A stretch of DNA of 64,000 nucleotides from an uncultured Acidobacteriota bacterium (GCA_963770895.1 CAVYRF010000002.1:3296001-3360000), one strand, 5' to 3'; numbered from the stretch's first letter, positions 9,788 through 21,256 are shown. Translations and numbers: made by a program. The notes: generated by a model not told the origin, from the letters alone.

Positions 9788-12583
9788 TCAGTTCTCTTGC
9801 GTCGACCAGGTGGCGTACAGAGCCTGCCCCATGCTCATTGCGGCGTGGACGTTCTCCTGGTCGTCGCCGGCGGCGCCGGCGCTTTCGAGCGCGCCCTCGA
9901 TTGACAGGCCGTCGACTTGAACCGAGGCGCTGACCTTGCGGGCGACGAGATGAAGGGCCGTCTCCTGGCCTGTCGCCTTGTAGTAGGGGACTTCGATCAG
10001 CACGTCGCGCGTCTGGCCGATGCGGTGGATGCGGCCGTTTGCCTGGCGCACGACGCGGGCATCGTAGTCCACGCCCTCGGCCCAGATGGCGCTCGAGAAA
10101 TGGACCAGGTTGTTGAGGCCGGTCTGGACCGCGCGGGGGTTGGCGATAAGGATGCGGCAGCCGGGCCGGATCACATTGGCGTTGAGCCATGCCTCGCGCT
10201 CGGCCGGAGTGACCCTGGTCACGTCGAGGAAGACCGCCGTTTCGCCGAGATAGAGCCGCAGGAGTTGTTGGTAGCGCTTGGGCAGGCCAGCGTTGCCCGT
10301 ATGGCGGAGAAAGAGGATCACGTTGCGGCCATCCGCCAGGTGCTGGCCGAGCCGGTCGACGATCCATCGCTCCTTGGGCGTGCGCCAGCCGGCGGGTAGA
10401 GCCTTCGCCACGGCGAGAATCTCACCACCATCCGCCTCGGGGTAGCGGATCACGAAAGGTGGCAGGTCCGCCGTGGCGCGGTCGGGATAGGACGGCAGCT
10501 CGGCCATGGCGCCCCAGAGCTTGCCAGTCCGTGGTGTATAGAGGTCCTTTCTGATCTGGCGGCCGAGAAGCTCGATGAGGCGGCGGTACTCGGTGGCGAG
10601 CTCGGCCGCGAAGGGGTCGGCGGTTTCCAGGTCGATCGGAACCGGCAGCTCCTGGCAGGGCGGCAGCTCCTCGTCGAGATCGGCCTTATGCATGACCAGG
10701 CCAATCGGGAGCAGGTGCTTGATGATGAAGTCGGGGAGGATGCCGGGGGCCTCCCCGACCTGACGGGCGGCGGGCGACTCGCGGATCTCTTCGCGGTCGC
10801 TCGTGGTGCCGTAGCCGACGACCCGCGCCTCCGCATCCTCGCCGACGGGCTGGTAGATCTTGCGATAGCCAAAGCGGCTGACGAAGGCCTGGCGCTCGTT
10901 GCGGTGGAACTCGCGGCGGAAGCGCGGGCTGAGCGCCCAGAAGTTGGCGAAGAGCGAGCTGGCGTATCCGCTCATGAGCGACCCCGAGAGTGCGATCGTG
11001 GGCACGCCCGGAAGCGCGACCAGGCGATGGGCAGCCTTCTGCTGCGCCGAGCCCTGGTGGGAGAATTCATGCACCTCGTCAAGGACCAAGAGGTCGAAGC
11101 GGCGGCGGTGGCGCTTGAGGATGAGCCGTGCGAGAGGATACCTGCGAGGCTCGGGGACGGGCTGGAAGAGCGGCTCGCCGCAGGGATCGGTTTCGATCCA
11201 GCTGCCGGCCTTGCCGAGGAGCGCCAGGCAGGCCAGCTCATCGGGAGTGGTGTCGTGGCTGGGGCGGTTCGCGAGGACGCGACCGGCAAGGTCGGTGAGC
11301 CGGCGGTTCAGCTCGTCCTGGTGGTAGACCTCGGTAGTCCATGCCTCGGCGGGTCTGGCGCGGGCGAGCTCCACAGCCTGGCGGCAGCGAGCGGCGGCGG
11401 CATGCAGGCCGTCATGGATCTCCTGCTGCAGGCCGGCCGCGAGGGCGAGCCGGTGAAGAGCCGTTTCGAGGTCGCGGCTCGGGGTGCGCTGCAGGCACCG
11501 GTCGAGGACGATCTCGGCGAGCGCGAGGAGGTCCGAGCGGAGGTCCTCCTGCTCGCGCGGTGACCGCGGCGCAGCGGCGCAGTCGTCGCGGTGGCGCTCG
11601 AGCGCCAGGTGAAGAATGCGGTGGTGCTTGAGGAGATGGCGGACGACCGGATCGGTGGGGTAGGAGGAGAGCAGATGCGACGCGAGACGCTCGGCGAGAC
11701 GGGCGACCGGGTCCTGGGGCAGGCGGGCGACGTGTTCGCAACGCGCTCTCGTGGTAGCGAGCTTGGAGGGTGGGAGCTGGATCTCGCCGCCACACCGGGG
11801 ACAGTACGGCAAGCCGACGCCGCGCACGCCGGGGCCGAGCTTCGCGGTCTCGCGGCTCAGGATGTAGATCTCGGCGTTTCGGGAGAGGTCCGAGAGGGTG
11901 TGGATGACGACGATCCGGGCGTCGGGCAGGACAGCCGCCGCCTGGTCGGCCCAGCTGGTGAGGAGGTGAGGCGGACAGACCACCAGGATGCGGCGGACGG
12001 GGCGCAGCCGGCGCGGGTCGAAGCCTGCGCGACGGAGTTCGGCCGTGGTGGCCTGAAAGTGGCACGGCCGGAGGGCGCCGGCGATCGAAAGGGCGACCGT
12101 GCTCTTGCCGGTGCCGACCTCGGCGGCCGCGACCAGGTTCTCCCCCCGCGTGAGTAGCTTGAGGCCGGCGGTAATGACATCGCGCTGGCAACGGAAGGGC
12201 TGGCGCGCGAGGGCCGGCAGGGCGATGGCGTGCTCGGGGTTGCTCGGATCATGCAGGGCCGGGAACTGCTCGCGCATGTGGCGGCCGAGGCTCACCGCGT
12301 AGCTCGCGACAAGATCGGCGCTGTTGAAGTTGGCGAGGTCCTGGGTGCCGGAGGGCGTTGCACCGGGGGCGATCTCGTGGAACTCGAGGGTGTCGAGCCG
12401 CAGGATGTTGAGAGTCAGGCGCGGCCGCTGCACCAGGATCTCCCCGACCTTCTCGCCTTCCGGGTTGAAGCGCTCCTCGACGGTCACAAAGCGCCGGTGG
12501 AGCGAGCCCTTGACGAGCAGTGGCGGCAGGCCGGGCCGATCGGCGGTGATGTGCTTGCCATTGAGCATGCCGGAGGAGAGCGC
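9788..12583 (-). pseudogene. 3' part (SF2/SNF2-like helicase) of an interrupted methyltransferase-helicase fusion
   Basis: AEVGTGKS, LDEVHE, LSGSLMSGYA, VQTGLNNL, QANGRIHRIGQ; joins 19592-20490 in frame (HIALAL/SSGMLNG) once the transposon is removed. Confidence 0.85.
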
Positions 12584-12744
12584 TGAGAGCGGTCGCGGTA
12601 AACGATGGAAGGCGGGCGTTGGTTGATCAAGATAAGCGATGGTCGTGGGGTGGCGACCATCAAGTAGCGTGATCGGCAGGGTAGGTCAGCATCATCGGCG
12701 CCCGCAGGGCGCCATCCGCTCAAAACAAGGAAGCCCTCCAGGGG

Positions 12745-13389
12745 TTGACGCCACCCCCGGAGGGCTTGTCTGCTTTCGTTGTCGACGCGAAAGGAGACGA
12801 TCCCTTGTACCAGACCTTGCTGCGAGATTCCAGCTTGTTCGAGCTACTGCTGCGCTTCGACGCCGATCTGGCGGCAATGGTTCGCGAGGGCGGATGCGCC
12901 GTCTGCGGAGGGGCGCTGCACAGCGCTCGCTACCGGCGCAAGCCACGGGGCGGTCCCCTGGGGCTCGGGGCCGAGTACGCCTTGCGGCAGAGCTTCTGCT
13001 GCGCCACCGAGGGCTGCCGGCGGCGAGCGACGCCACCGTCGGTACGGTTCCTCGGCCGCAAGGTGTTCTTCGGTCTCTGGGTGCTGCTGCTGCCGGTGCT
13101 TCGGGAAGGGCCGACAGCCGAGCGCCTGCACCGTCTGGAGGAGGTTTTTAGAGTGAGCCGGCGGACCCTGTTGCGCTGGCGGCGGTGGTGGCGCGAGGTC
13201 GTGCCACGGAGCCGATTCTGGCAGTCGCGGCGCGGCGACTGGGCTTCGCCAGTGCCGCCGGCGGCGCTACCGAGCTCCCTGCTGGCCGGGTTCGAGCACC
13301 TTGCCGGGATCGCCGAGCAGGCGTTGTCGGCGCTGCGCTGGCTGGCGCCGCTCGGCGCCACCGGCAGCTTCTTGGATCACGCTCGGTGA
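12745..13389 (+). CDS. Zn-ribbon/HTH accessory protein of the transposon
   Basis: CAVCGG, SFCC..GCRRR, VSRRTLLRWRRWW. Confidence 0.7.
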   Translation: MTPPPEGLSAFVVDAKGDDPLYQTLLRDSSLFELLLRFDADLAAMVREGGCAVCGGALHSARYRRKPRGGPLGLGAEYALRQSFCCATEGCRRRATPPSVRFLGRKVFFGLWVLLLPVLREGPTAERLHRLEEVFRVSRRTLLRWRRWWREVVPRSRFWQSRRGDWASPVPPAALPSSLLAGFEHLAGIAEQALSALRWLAPLGATGSFLDHAR

Positions 13390-14376
13390 GGTCCGACGCC
13401 GACCCGCAGAAGATGCGTCTGGCGGTCGTCGGGCAACCGCCGTAGCCTCGGCTTCGCCGGCGAGAAACCCCAGGACGCCGGTTCCGGGAGGCGCGCGATG
13501 CCGCACGAGCACGAGGTGCGCTCTCACGAGCGCTGGGCGCATCTGCGCTTTGCTGTTGTCGGGCCGCTGCTGGCCTCGCCGCCGGCAGCCGGCGAGCTCC
13601 AGACGGAGCTGTCCCGTCTGGCGTCGAGACTCTGGCAGCATCCGGTCTCCGGTCAGCCGGTGCGCTTTGCCGTCTCGACGATCGAGCGCTGGTACTACCA
13701 GGCCCGACACGGCAACGACCCGGTGGCCGTCTTGCGCCGCAAGATCCGCAGCGACAGCGGCCAGCAGCAGGCCCTCAGCGCTGAGCTCGGAGAGGCGCTG
13801 CGACGCCAGCATGCAGCCCATCCGAGCTGGAGCTACCAGCTGCACCTCGACAATCTGGCCGTCCTGGTCGCCGAGCAGTCGAACTGGGGTCCACTGCCGT
13901 CCTACGCCAGCCTGCGGCGCTACATGGTGGTGCATGGCTGGCTGCGACGCCGGCGAGTGCCGCGTGGCCAGCGCCCGGGAGAGCGCCTGGCCGAAGAGCG
14001 CCGAGAGGCGCGCGAGACGCGCAGCTACGAGGCTGAGTACGTCGGCGGCCTCTGGCATCTGGACTTCCATCACGGATCGCTGAAGATCCTCAATGCGCAG
14101 GGCGAGTGGGTGCAGCCGGTGCTGCTGGCGATCCTCGACGATCGATCGCGACTGCTCTGCCACGCCCAGTGGTATCTGAGCGAAACCGCCGCGAGTCTGG
14201 TGCACGGCCTGGTGCAGGCCTTTCAAAAGCGCGGTCTGCCGCGGGCGCTGCTGACCGACAACGGCGGCCCGATGCTTGCGGCCGAAACCACCCAAGGTCT
14301 ACAACGCCTCGCCGTCGTCCACTCCACCACGCTCTCGTACTCCCCGCATCAGAAAGGCTGCGCTTCATACTGCACC

Positions 14377-16458
14377 TCATCCGTTGGAATCGGTGCGACT
14401 TGCGTGCCGCACCGTGGGCCGCAAGGGCTGCGGCTTGTGTTTGAATTTGATAGGCCGGTCGGCACCTGGAAGCTCAAAAAGGTGCTGGCCCTTGTCGTTG
14501 TATGCATGGGCCTTGAGCAGGCCCGCGCGGCGCCAGAGCTTGATCGTGCAGGGAGTGACGTTGAGCCGCTTGGCGATCTGCGTGATGTCCATCATACCCG
14601 CCGCCCGAAGACGATCGTATCGGCTCCGGAGCTTGTATTCCAAGCGGATTCGATAGACGAATACCGGCTTGAAGTTCTTGCCACTGCCTGACCGGAAAGC
14701 TTGTTGGTTGAGGATGGCTGCGATCTGTTTGTCGGTATGATGGTCGAGCAACCTGTCGATTTCCGCCACCACCTCCTTGCTGGTTTGAGAGATCTCCCAA
14801 ACTCGCAACGCGGGCGGGAGGCCCAGTGTCGTGGTTGCGCCACCGCGGAAGCGAATCTGCGCCGTGATCTGTGTTCCTCTGCTGAGTGTTACATCTTCGA
14901 TGAGAAGCCTGACCATCCGTTTGCGGTCGCGATCCGTCGTCGTTGGCTCGTACCAGAGCTTCGTCAGATCCGTAGCGAGGGCGAGGATGCGCGAGCGTTG
15001 CGCTTCATCGATAACTATTGTCTCGGCTTTCCGCCGTCGCTCATACTCTTCCTGAGCACTGGTGAGCGTCCGCAGCTTCCGGTTCCAGTCAGCCTCGAGT
15101 TCGTCAGCCACCAGACGATTATCGGGATCGACCTGCATGAAACGCCGGCGTGCCAGGTCCGCCTCATAACGAGCGCGCTCGACCTGTCGAGACCATAGCC
15201 GCTCCGCTTCATCGGCGCGCGACTGAAGCTGCTGCTGAACCGTCAGCGTGGCCTCGAGAGCCATCGGCGTCATGGCTTCGACGAGGAGGCGCCCGACCGC
15301 CGCATCGATGTGGGTGCCCGAGATGCTCTGGCATAAGGGTTCGCCGCGCTCGATGCCTTGTCGCTGGCAGGTGTAGACAGTTAGGCGCTTGCCGTAGCTG
15401 TGGTTGTAACGGACCGTCATCCGTTCACCGCAGACACCGCAGATCACCAAACCCTGGAGGAGTGCTGGCCCTTCTCGGGGAGGGCTCTTGCGGCGTTCGC
15501 TGCCTTGGGCTTGCGAGTTCTCGCGCAGGCGTCGCTGGTTTTCCTCGAACTCGTCCCAGGTGATGTAGCCTGGGTGCGAATCGCGGATGAGTGCGGTCCA
15601 CTCCTCCCGCGGCAACCTCTCAAACGTGCCGCTGCGATTCCCATAGTGGCGTTGTCGACTACGGCCAAAGAAGAAGGCTCCGGCAAATCGCGGATTGTGC
15701 AGCACCCAGAGGGCACGGGAATGCTGCAGATCTCCCCAGATCACCTCACCTTTGGCCGGCCCCGTCCGCACGCGGTGAGGAAACCGGAGTCCCTGTGCGC
15801 GGAAGGCCTTCATCGTTCCGGTCGCCGAACCTGTGCGGCGGAAAATCTGGAAGAAGGTGCGGATCGTCTCCTGCACCTGCTTGTCAGGATCGAGAATAAC
15901 GCGCTGTTGAGCGTCGTAACGGAAGCCAATGGGAAGTGGCGACTCAAGCTCGCCGCGGCGCGCCTTGTTGAGGATGCCGCCCCGTAGTCGCGCCCGCAGC
16001 ACGTGCAGCTCCGCCTCGCTCATGGTGCCCTTGAGGCCAAGCAGAAGGCGGTCGTTGAAGTGCGCGGGGTCATAGACGCCATCTTCGTCGAGGATGAGCG
16101 TGTCGCTGAGCGCAGAGATCTCGAGGAGCCGATGCCAGTCGGAGGAGTTCCGCGCCAGCCGCGACACCTCGAGCCCCATCACGATTCCCGCGCGTCCCAT
16201 GCCGACATCGGCGACAAGTCTCTGGAAGCCGTCGCGTCGCTCCGCCGACGCGCCCGACTGCCCCTGGTCGCAGTCAATGATGATGATCTGCTCCTGGGCC
16301 CAACCTAGCGCTACCGCTCGCTGCCTCAGGGCGTACTGGCGATCGGTACTTTCGGTGTTCTCGAAGACCTGTCGCAGCGTGGACTGCCGGATGTAGAGGT
16401 AGGCGTTTCGCTTAAGGTGTCGGGCCGTGACCTTCTGGTGCGCTTCGTTGCCCATCAT
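14377..16458 (-). CDS. Large serine recombinase with Zn ribbon
   Basis: AYLYIRQST, LEVSRLARN, LLLGLKGTMSEAEL, LLQGLVICGVCG. Confidence 0.92.
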   Translation of the reverse strand: MMGNEAHQKVTARHLKRNAYLYIRQSTLRQVFENTESTDRQYALRQRAVALGWAQEQIIIIDCDQGQSGASAERRDGFQRLVADVGMGRAGIVMGLEVSRLARNSSDWHRLLEISALSDTLILDEDGVYDPAHFNDRLLLGLKGTMSEAELHVLRARLRGGILNKARRGELESPLPIGFRYDAQQRVILDPDKQVQETIRTFFQIFRRTGSATGTMKAFRAQGLRFPHRVRTGPAKGEVIWGDLQHSRALWVLHNPRFAGAFFFGRSRQRHYGNRSGTFERLPREEWTALIRDSHPGYITWDEFEENQRRLRENSQAQGSERRKSPPREGPALLQGLVICGVCGERMTVRYNHSYGKRLTVYTCQRQGIERGEPLCQSISGTHIDAAVGRLLVEAMTPMALEATLTVQQQLQSRADEAERLWSRQVERARYEADLARRRFMQVDPDNRLVADELEADWNRKLRTLTSAQEEYERRRKAETIVIDEAQRSRILALATDLTKLWYEPTTTDRDRKRMVRLLIEDVTLSRGTQITAQIRFRGGATTTLGLPPALRVWEISQTSKEVVAEIDRLLDHHTDKQIAAILNQQAFRSGSGKNFKPVFVYRIRLEYKLRSRYDRLRAAGMMDITQIAKRLNVTPCTIKLWRRAGLLKAHAYNDKGQHLFELPGADRPIKFKHKPQPLRPTVRHASRTDSNG

Positions 16459-16766
16459 GTCGTCACTCCTCTCGGGGCGTAAGCCGACAGAGCCATTTCG
16501 GCAAGGAGCATGGCCACTTCGACTCGGAAGTCCTGTGGCATGAAAGATGGCTCCGCGGCTGATCGCCGAGCCCCCGCCTCGGACGGCCTGATCAGCGCCG
16601 CGCACCTCTCCATCCAGGCGGCCATGCCACTGCGGATGAACAATCCCCATCCAACCTCACGACTTGACCCGGCAAGACGACCGAGCGCGCTACGCCGGAG
16701 ATCCTCGTAGCCAGCGATCAGGGCATCTTGCGCTCCCGCCATGACAGAGTCGGACACGGAGGTCAC
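16455..16766 (-). CDS. Small hypothetical protein of the recombinase element
   Basis: YEDLR...GLFIRSGMAAWM; overlaps both neighbours. Confidence 0.65.
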   Translation of the reverse strand: MTSVSDSVMAGAQDALIAGYEDLRRSALGRLAGSSREVGWGLFIRSGMAAWMERCAALIRPSEAGARRSAAEPSFMPQDFRVEVAMLLAEMALSAYAPRGVTT

Positions 16767-17230
16767 CGTCGTTTTTTTTCCAGCCGACGCAGCGCACGCT
16801 CGATGCTGCGGGGATGAACCTCAACACCGAAGCGTTCCTTGACCAGGGGCACGAGCGCCGCCGCGGTGAGCGAGAGGTCGGCCCCCCGCTGCTCTTCGAT
16901 AAAGGCCATCACGTCCGGGCTGAGCTTATGAGCCTCTCGCGGCCCGCGCCTGCGTGGCAAGAGGCCAGCGAGCCCGCCGTCGGCGAAGGCGTCGCGCGCC
17001 TTGTAGAACGAGGGCCGCGAGAAGCCGAAAGCCTCTGCCGCTTCGGCGACAGGCGCCTCGTCGACCTGCGCACGCCGGATCATCTCGTACTTGACCTGGA
17101 GAAGATCTCTTGGATCGAAGAAGTCCGACCGTGCGAAGAGCTCGTCGGTGACGCGCTCCGGCCGCGGGTTGAGGGTCCGGCGCTCCCGCAAGGCGGCGAG
17201 CTTCGGATCGGAGGGCTTGCGGTCTGGCAT
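16763..17230 (-). CDS. HTH protein of the recombinase element
   Basis: FFDPRDLLQVKYEMIR, FGFSRPSFY, VHPRSIERAL. Confidence 0.8.
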   Translation of the reverse strand: MPDRKPSDPKLAALRERRTLNPRPERVTDELFARSDFFDPRDLLQVKYEMIRRAQVDEAPVAEAAEAFGFSRPSFYKARDAFADGGLAGLLPRRRGPREAHKLSPDVMAFIEEQRGADLSLTAAALVPLVKERFGVEVHPRSIERALRRLEKKRR

Positions 17231-17402
17231 CAGTGATCTCCAACATGTGTAAGAGGAATTATGCCGTCTATCTAGAGCACAGTCAAGCCCCCGCGACGCG
17301 CAACTACGTAATCTACGGAGATTGCTGTGCTTTCTCTGGGCACGCCTATGCGTTTTGAAACCGAGTGCGGCGGCATAGTTCCCTTGACACTAGCGGCATA
17401 AT

Positions 17403-17675
17403 TTACTTTACTCTTGCTTCGTCTTTAAGTTGGGTAATGAGGTTAGCCAGCCGCAGGAGATCCTCCGTCCTGAACCGGCTCTGGCCGGCCGCCATCACCC
17501 GGAATGGGTCCAGCGGCGCAACGTTGGTCCATCCGATGGGCATGTGGTGAAGCCGGCCCTTATCATCGAGGAAGTAGACGCGATCCTCGCCCCACGCCTG
17601 CTTGTACTCCACCAGTTCGAACTCGCAACCAGACAAGGGATGGAACGGGTGTGTCACTCGAACAAGCGGCCGCAC
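17403..17675 (-). CDS. DUF5372 (Y4bD/Y4pK-like) protein
   Basis: VTHPFHPL.G, WGEDRV, P.GWT. Confidence 0.75.
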   Translation of the reverse strand: MRPLVRVTHPFHPLSGCEFELVEYKQAWGEDRVYFLDDKGRLHHMPIGWTNVAPLDPFRVMAAGQSRFRTEDLLRLANLITQLKDEARVK

Positions 17676-18306
17676 ATCTGTTGAAGCTGCTGTAGTTGAC
17701 TGCCTTCTCCAACGGCAAGCAAGAGGTGTTCTGGGTGCAGGTCGAAGGCCGGCTGCTGGCCATGCTCGAAGATCAGCCTGACCTGACGCTGGGCCTGCTC
17801 AACGAGGCCACGCTCGCCTGGGTGGAGATGGAGTACCAGCGGACCCGGCACTCCGAGACCGGCCAGGCCCCGCTGACGCGCTGGCTCGATGGCCCCACGG
17901 TGATCCGTCCTTGTCCAGAGACCAACGACCTCCGCTTCGCCTTCACCGCTGCGGCCGAACGCACTCAGCGTCAGAGCGACGGCACCCTCAGCCTCGACGG
18001 CACCCGCTTCGAGGTCCCCGGCCGCTTTCGCCACCTGCGGCGGCTGGCGCTACGGTATGCGAGCTGGGATCTGCGCTCGGTCTGGCTCGTCGACCCACGC
18101 ACCGGCGTCGCTCTCGAGCGGCTCTATCCTCTCGACCGCACCCGAAACTCCGAGGGCGTAAGACGCCCGCTCGCACCGCCGTCGCTACCGACCGCGGAGA
18201 TCACTGCCCAGCCCGGCGGCATCGCGCCGCTGCTGCGCCAGCTCATGGCCGACTACGCCGCCACCGGCCTGCCTCCCGCTTACATCGCCTACGACGAGGA
18301 GCACAC

Positions 18307-19167
18307 ATGATGACCCGCAACCTGCTGGCCCTATTCGGCGTCAAGTGGAATCCGTTCTCACCCGACATTCCGATCGAGGCGCTTTGGCGCACCCCCAAGA
18401 TCGAGCACTTCTGCTGGCGGCTCGAAAACCTGGCGCGCGAGGGCGGCTTCGCCCTGATCACCGGCGATCCCGGAACGGGCAAGTCCGTCGCCCTCCGCGC
18501 TCTCGCCCACCATCTCGCCGCGCTGCCCGACGTCACCATCGGTGTCCTCAGCCGGCCGCAGAGCGCTCTCGGTGACTTCTACCGCGAGATGGGACAGCTC
18601 TTCGGCCTCGCGCTCTCTCCCCACAACCGCTGGGGCGGCTTCAAGATCCTCCGGGAAAGCTGGCTTGCCCACGTCGAAGCCACCCGCTGCCGCCCCGTGC
18701 TGCTCGTCGACGAAGCTCAGGAGATGCCCGCTGCCGTCCTCGCCGAAATCCGCATCCTTGCCGCCACCGAGTTTGATTCGCGCTCGATCCTCACCGTCGT
18801 GCTCTGCGGCGACAGCCGCCTAACGCAACAATTCCGCAGTGATGAGCTGCTGCCCATCGCCAGCCGCATCCGCGCTCGCTTGACGCTCGACTATCTCACT
18901 CCCAAGGAGCTGCTCGATTGGCTCCAGCACGCCCTCGCCCAGGCCGGCAATCCCCAGCTGCTCACCTCCGAGGTCAAGACCACCTTGGCCGAACACGCGG
19001 CCGGCAACCTGCGCGTCCTCACCACCCTGGGCAACGAGCTGCTCGCACTCGCCGCTCACCGACAGCTCGCCCAGATCGATCAAAAACTCTATCTCGAAGT
19101 CTTCGCCTCGCAACCCCGACCCAAACTCAAAGCCCAAACCCCAGGCAGCAAGCACCCTCGCGCCTGA
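18307..19167 (+). CDS. ExeA-like AAA+ ATPase (transposition helper)
   Basis: GDPGTGKS Walker A, LLVDEAQEM Walker B; ATGA overlap with the transposase stop. Confidence 0.9.
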   Translation: MMTRNLLALFGVKWNPFSPDIPIEALWRTPKIEHFCWRLENLAREGGFALITGDPGTGKSVALRALAHHLAALPDVTIGVLSRPQSALGDFYREMGQLFGLALSPHNRWGGFKILRESWLAHVEATRCRPVLLVDEAQEMPAAVLAEIRILAATEFDSRSILTVVLCGDSRLTQQFRSDELLPIASRIRARLTLDYLTPKELLDWLQHALAQAGNPQLLTSEVKTTLAEHAAGNLRVLTTLGNELLALAAHRQLAQIDQKLYLEVFASQPRPKLKAQTPGSKHPRA

Positions 19168-19210
19168 ACCTTGGCCGGCTCTCGGCTCTCCCGCCTTCCC
19201 GAGAACCACC

Positions 19211-19558
19211 ATGCTCGCTGACGCCTATATCCGCTGCATACTCGACCTCTACCGCAGCACTCCCGATACCCCGGGGCGTGCCCGCCCCGCCGACCGCCAA
19301 CTCGCCGCCTCACTCCACCAACTCGAAATCCCTCTCGATCTTGTCGCCGCCGCGCTCGTCCTTGCCACCGCCCGGCGCAGACACCGCCATCCCCAAACTC
19401 CGCCTCTTCGCCCAATACGCTCGCTTCACTACTTTCTGCCCGTCATCGACGAGCTGATCAACGATCCGCCTCCACGCGCATATTGCGACTACCTCCGCCG
19501 AAGGCTCGAAACCTCTGCCCCCAAACTCATCGCCACGATCGACCATCAAATACCATGA
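19211..19558 (+). CDS. Hypothetical protein, last gene of the transposon
   Basis: LY...PDTP, PIRSLHYFLPVIDE; lies inside the right inverted repeat. Confidence 0.7.
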   Translation: MLADAYIRCILDLYRSTPDTPGRARPADRQLAASLHQLEIPLDLVAAALVLATARRRHRHPQTPPLRPIRSLHYFLPVIDELINDPPPRAYCDYLRRRLETSAPKLIATIDHQIP

Positions 19559-19591
19559 CCGAACCGCCATCAAATACCGCGACCGCTCTCA

Positions 19592-20490
19592 AGCGCCAGG
19601 GCGATGTGGGCAGGTCGCGGTGGCAGGGCGACAACGGACTTGGCGCCGATCAGCTCGCGCACGGTGCGATCAGTGGCGACGAGCGGGGAGTCGGCCCACG
19701 GGCGGAAACCTGCGAGGAGGTCGGCGAGGTCGAGCGCGGTTTCTGTGAGTTCGAGCTCCGCCGACTCGATCGCGACGCTGTAGAGGGGTGCATGCTGGCG
19801 GCCAAGCTCGGGGAGGAGCGACGGGTCGGCTGCCCAGCGCTCGATGCGCCGCCGGTCGAGCTCGGCCTCCGGGATGGCAAAGGACCGCCGCCGGCCGACG
19901 AGGACGCACTGGCGAAACGCGGCAAAGAGCGGGGCGGGTAGGCGCCAGGCGCGGAGGTTGTCGAATTGGCAGGCGAGGTGGTCGGCACTCGCCTCCAGAG
20001 AAGGATGCGGGACGAGGAGGACGAGGATGCCGGCGCCGGGAGCGAGGCAGGAGGTCCAGCGATCGAGGAAGCGCTGCTCGAGTCGGCGGTGGACCCTGTC
20101 GGTATCGTAGGGTGGGTTGAGGAAGAGCAGGGACGCGCCGCAGCCCTCCTCGTCGGCGCGGGAGATGGTGAACCGGAAGGCGTCGGCATGGAAGTGACGG
20201 CTGTGAGGGATCCTCGACTTGAGCTGACCGTAGCGGCCTGCTTCCATCTCAATGGCGAAGATCGCCCCTGCGGGGGAGGTGCCCGTCGCGGTCTGCGATG
20301 GAGTGCCGGCAAACCAAAGCTTGCAAAGGGTGTCGATGGCCTCGCCGCCGCCGGCGCATGGATCGACGAGGATGTGCCTCGCGCTGTTGCGCTCAAGCGG
20401 ATGGAACGTGACGAGAGAAGCGATGGCGGGCAAGATCTCCGGCGGTGTCGGGAAGTAGCCTGCGAGCGCCTGGGACTCGGGCCTGGCCAT
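19592..20490 (-). pseudogene. 5' part (DUF6094-like adenine methyltransferase domain) of the methyltransferase-helicase fusion
   Basis: GYFPTP, DPCAGGG SAM-binding motif, LFLNPPY. Confidence 0.85.
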
Positions 20491-21256
20491 GGATGGGTTC
20501 CTCCTGGAGTCGTAGCAGGTTTCGTGCGGTCTGCTCGGCGAGGAACGCCGAGAAGCTTGCGTGGGTGGTCGAGACGAGGAGCGGCCGCTCGAGACCGAGG
20601 GCATCGTGGCCCTCGGCGAAGAGCTTGGAGACGCGATAGGGAGAGATCTGCGTTTGATGGCACCAGTCGGAGGCAAGGGCGGCGCGGTAGAGCGCGAGGT
20701 GGAAGCGGAGGTCGTCTGCAATCGGCAGCGGCGAGCGGCGATCGAGAAAGGCGACGAAGTACGCCGCTACAGCCGCCTCGCGGGCGTCGGGGCCGAGCTC
20801 GGTGAGGGTCGCCGCCTCGCGCTCGACCCACCAGGTGGGTGGCATACAGAGGAAGCGAAGGGTGCCGTGTTCGGCGGTGGCTGGCAGCTGCGAGAACGCG
20901 CCGGGCAGGTAGGCGAAGGTGAGAGTTCCGCCGTCGCATGAAAACGTCTCGTAGCGAAACCCGGCGGAGCGCGGGATCTCGACGCGGAAGTTGCCGATGC
21001 CGCGTTGGTCGTGGATGGCTGGGCGGCCGGAGCGGAGGTTGGCGGTGAAGGCGCGGGACTGCTCATCGGTCGCGGCGTAGGCGAGGAGGACTGGGCGCAG
21101 GGTGTTGTCGCGGGAGCTTGAGCCAAACTCCCATTGCAGGCCGGGGGCGGCAACGACAGTGATCAGGTCCGCGTGAAAGATTCGGGTTTTTTGGCCCTCG
21201 CGCGTGGGTTTCGCCTCGATCGCCAGGTGTCTCTGGACGGGAAACTGCGCGGCCAT
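20393..21256 (-). CDS. Hypothetical protein upstream of the methylase-helicase
   Basis: AAGGAG RBS before ATG 21256; protein-like composition; no family recognised. Confidence 0.6.
   Translation of the reverse strand: MAAQFPVQRHLAIEAKPTREGQKTRIFHADLITVVAAPGLQWEFGSSSRDNTLRPVLLAYAATDEQSRAFTANLRSGRPAIHDQRGIGNFRVEIPRSAGFRYETFSCDGGTLTFAYLPGAFSQLPATAEHGTLRFLCMPPTWWVEREAATLTELGPDAREAAVAAYFVAFLDRRSPLPIADDLRFHLALYRAALASDWCHQTQISPYRVSKLFAEGHDALGLERPLLVSTTHASFSAFLAEQTARNLLRLQEEPIHGQARVPGARRLLPDTAGDLARHRFSRHVPSA

Larger units (their letters stand above)
14355..17712 (-). mobile_element. Four-gene large serine recombinase element (y4bA-D-like)
   Basis: Precise insertion with an AA dinucleotide at both junctions; contains the recombinase and three small ORFs. 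Confidence 0.85.
13498..18310 (+). pseudogene. DDE transposase split in two (13498-14354 and 17713-18310) by a recombinase element
   Basis: WHLDFHH, LDDRSR, TDNGG; SPHQ|NGKQEVFW is restored on removing 14355-17712. Confidence 0.9.
12584..19591 (+). mobile_element. Four-gene Mu/IS21-like DDE transposon with ExeA-type ATPase
   Basis: Terminal inverted repeats TGAGAGCGGTCGCGGTA, 5-bp AGCGC duplication, subterminal CCATCAA repeats. Confidence 0.9.
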
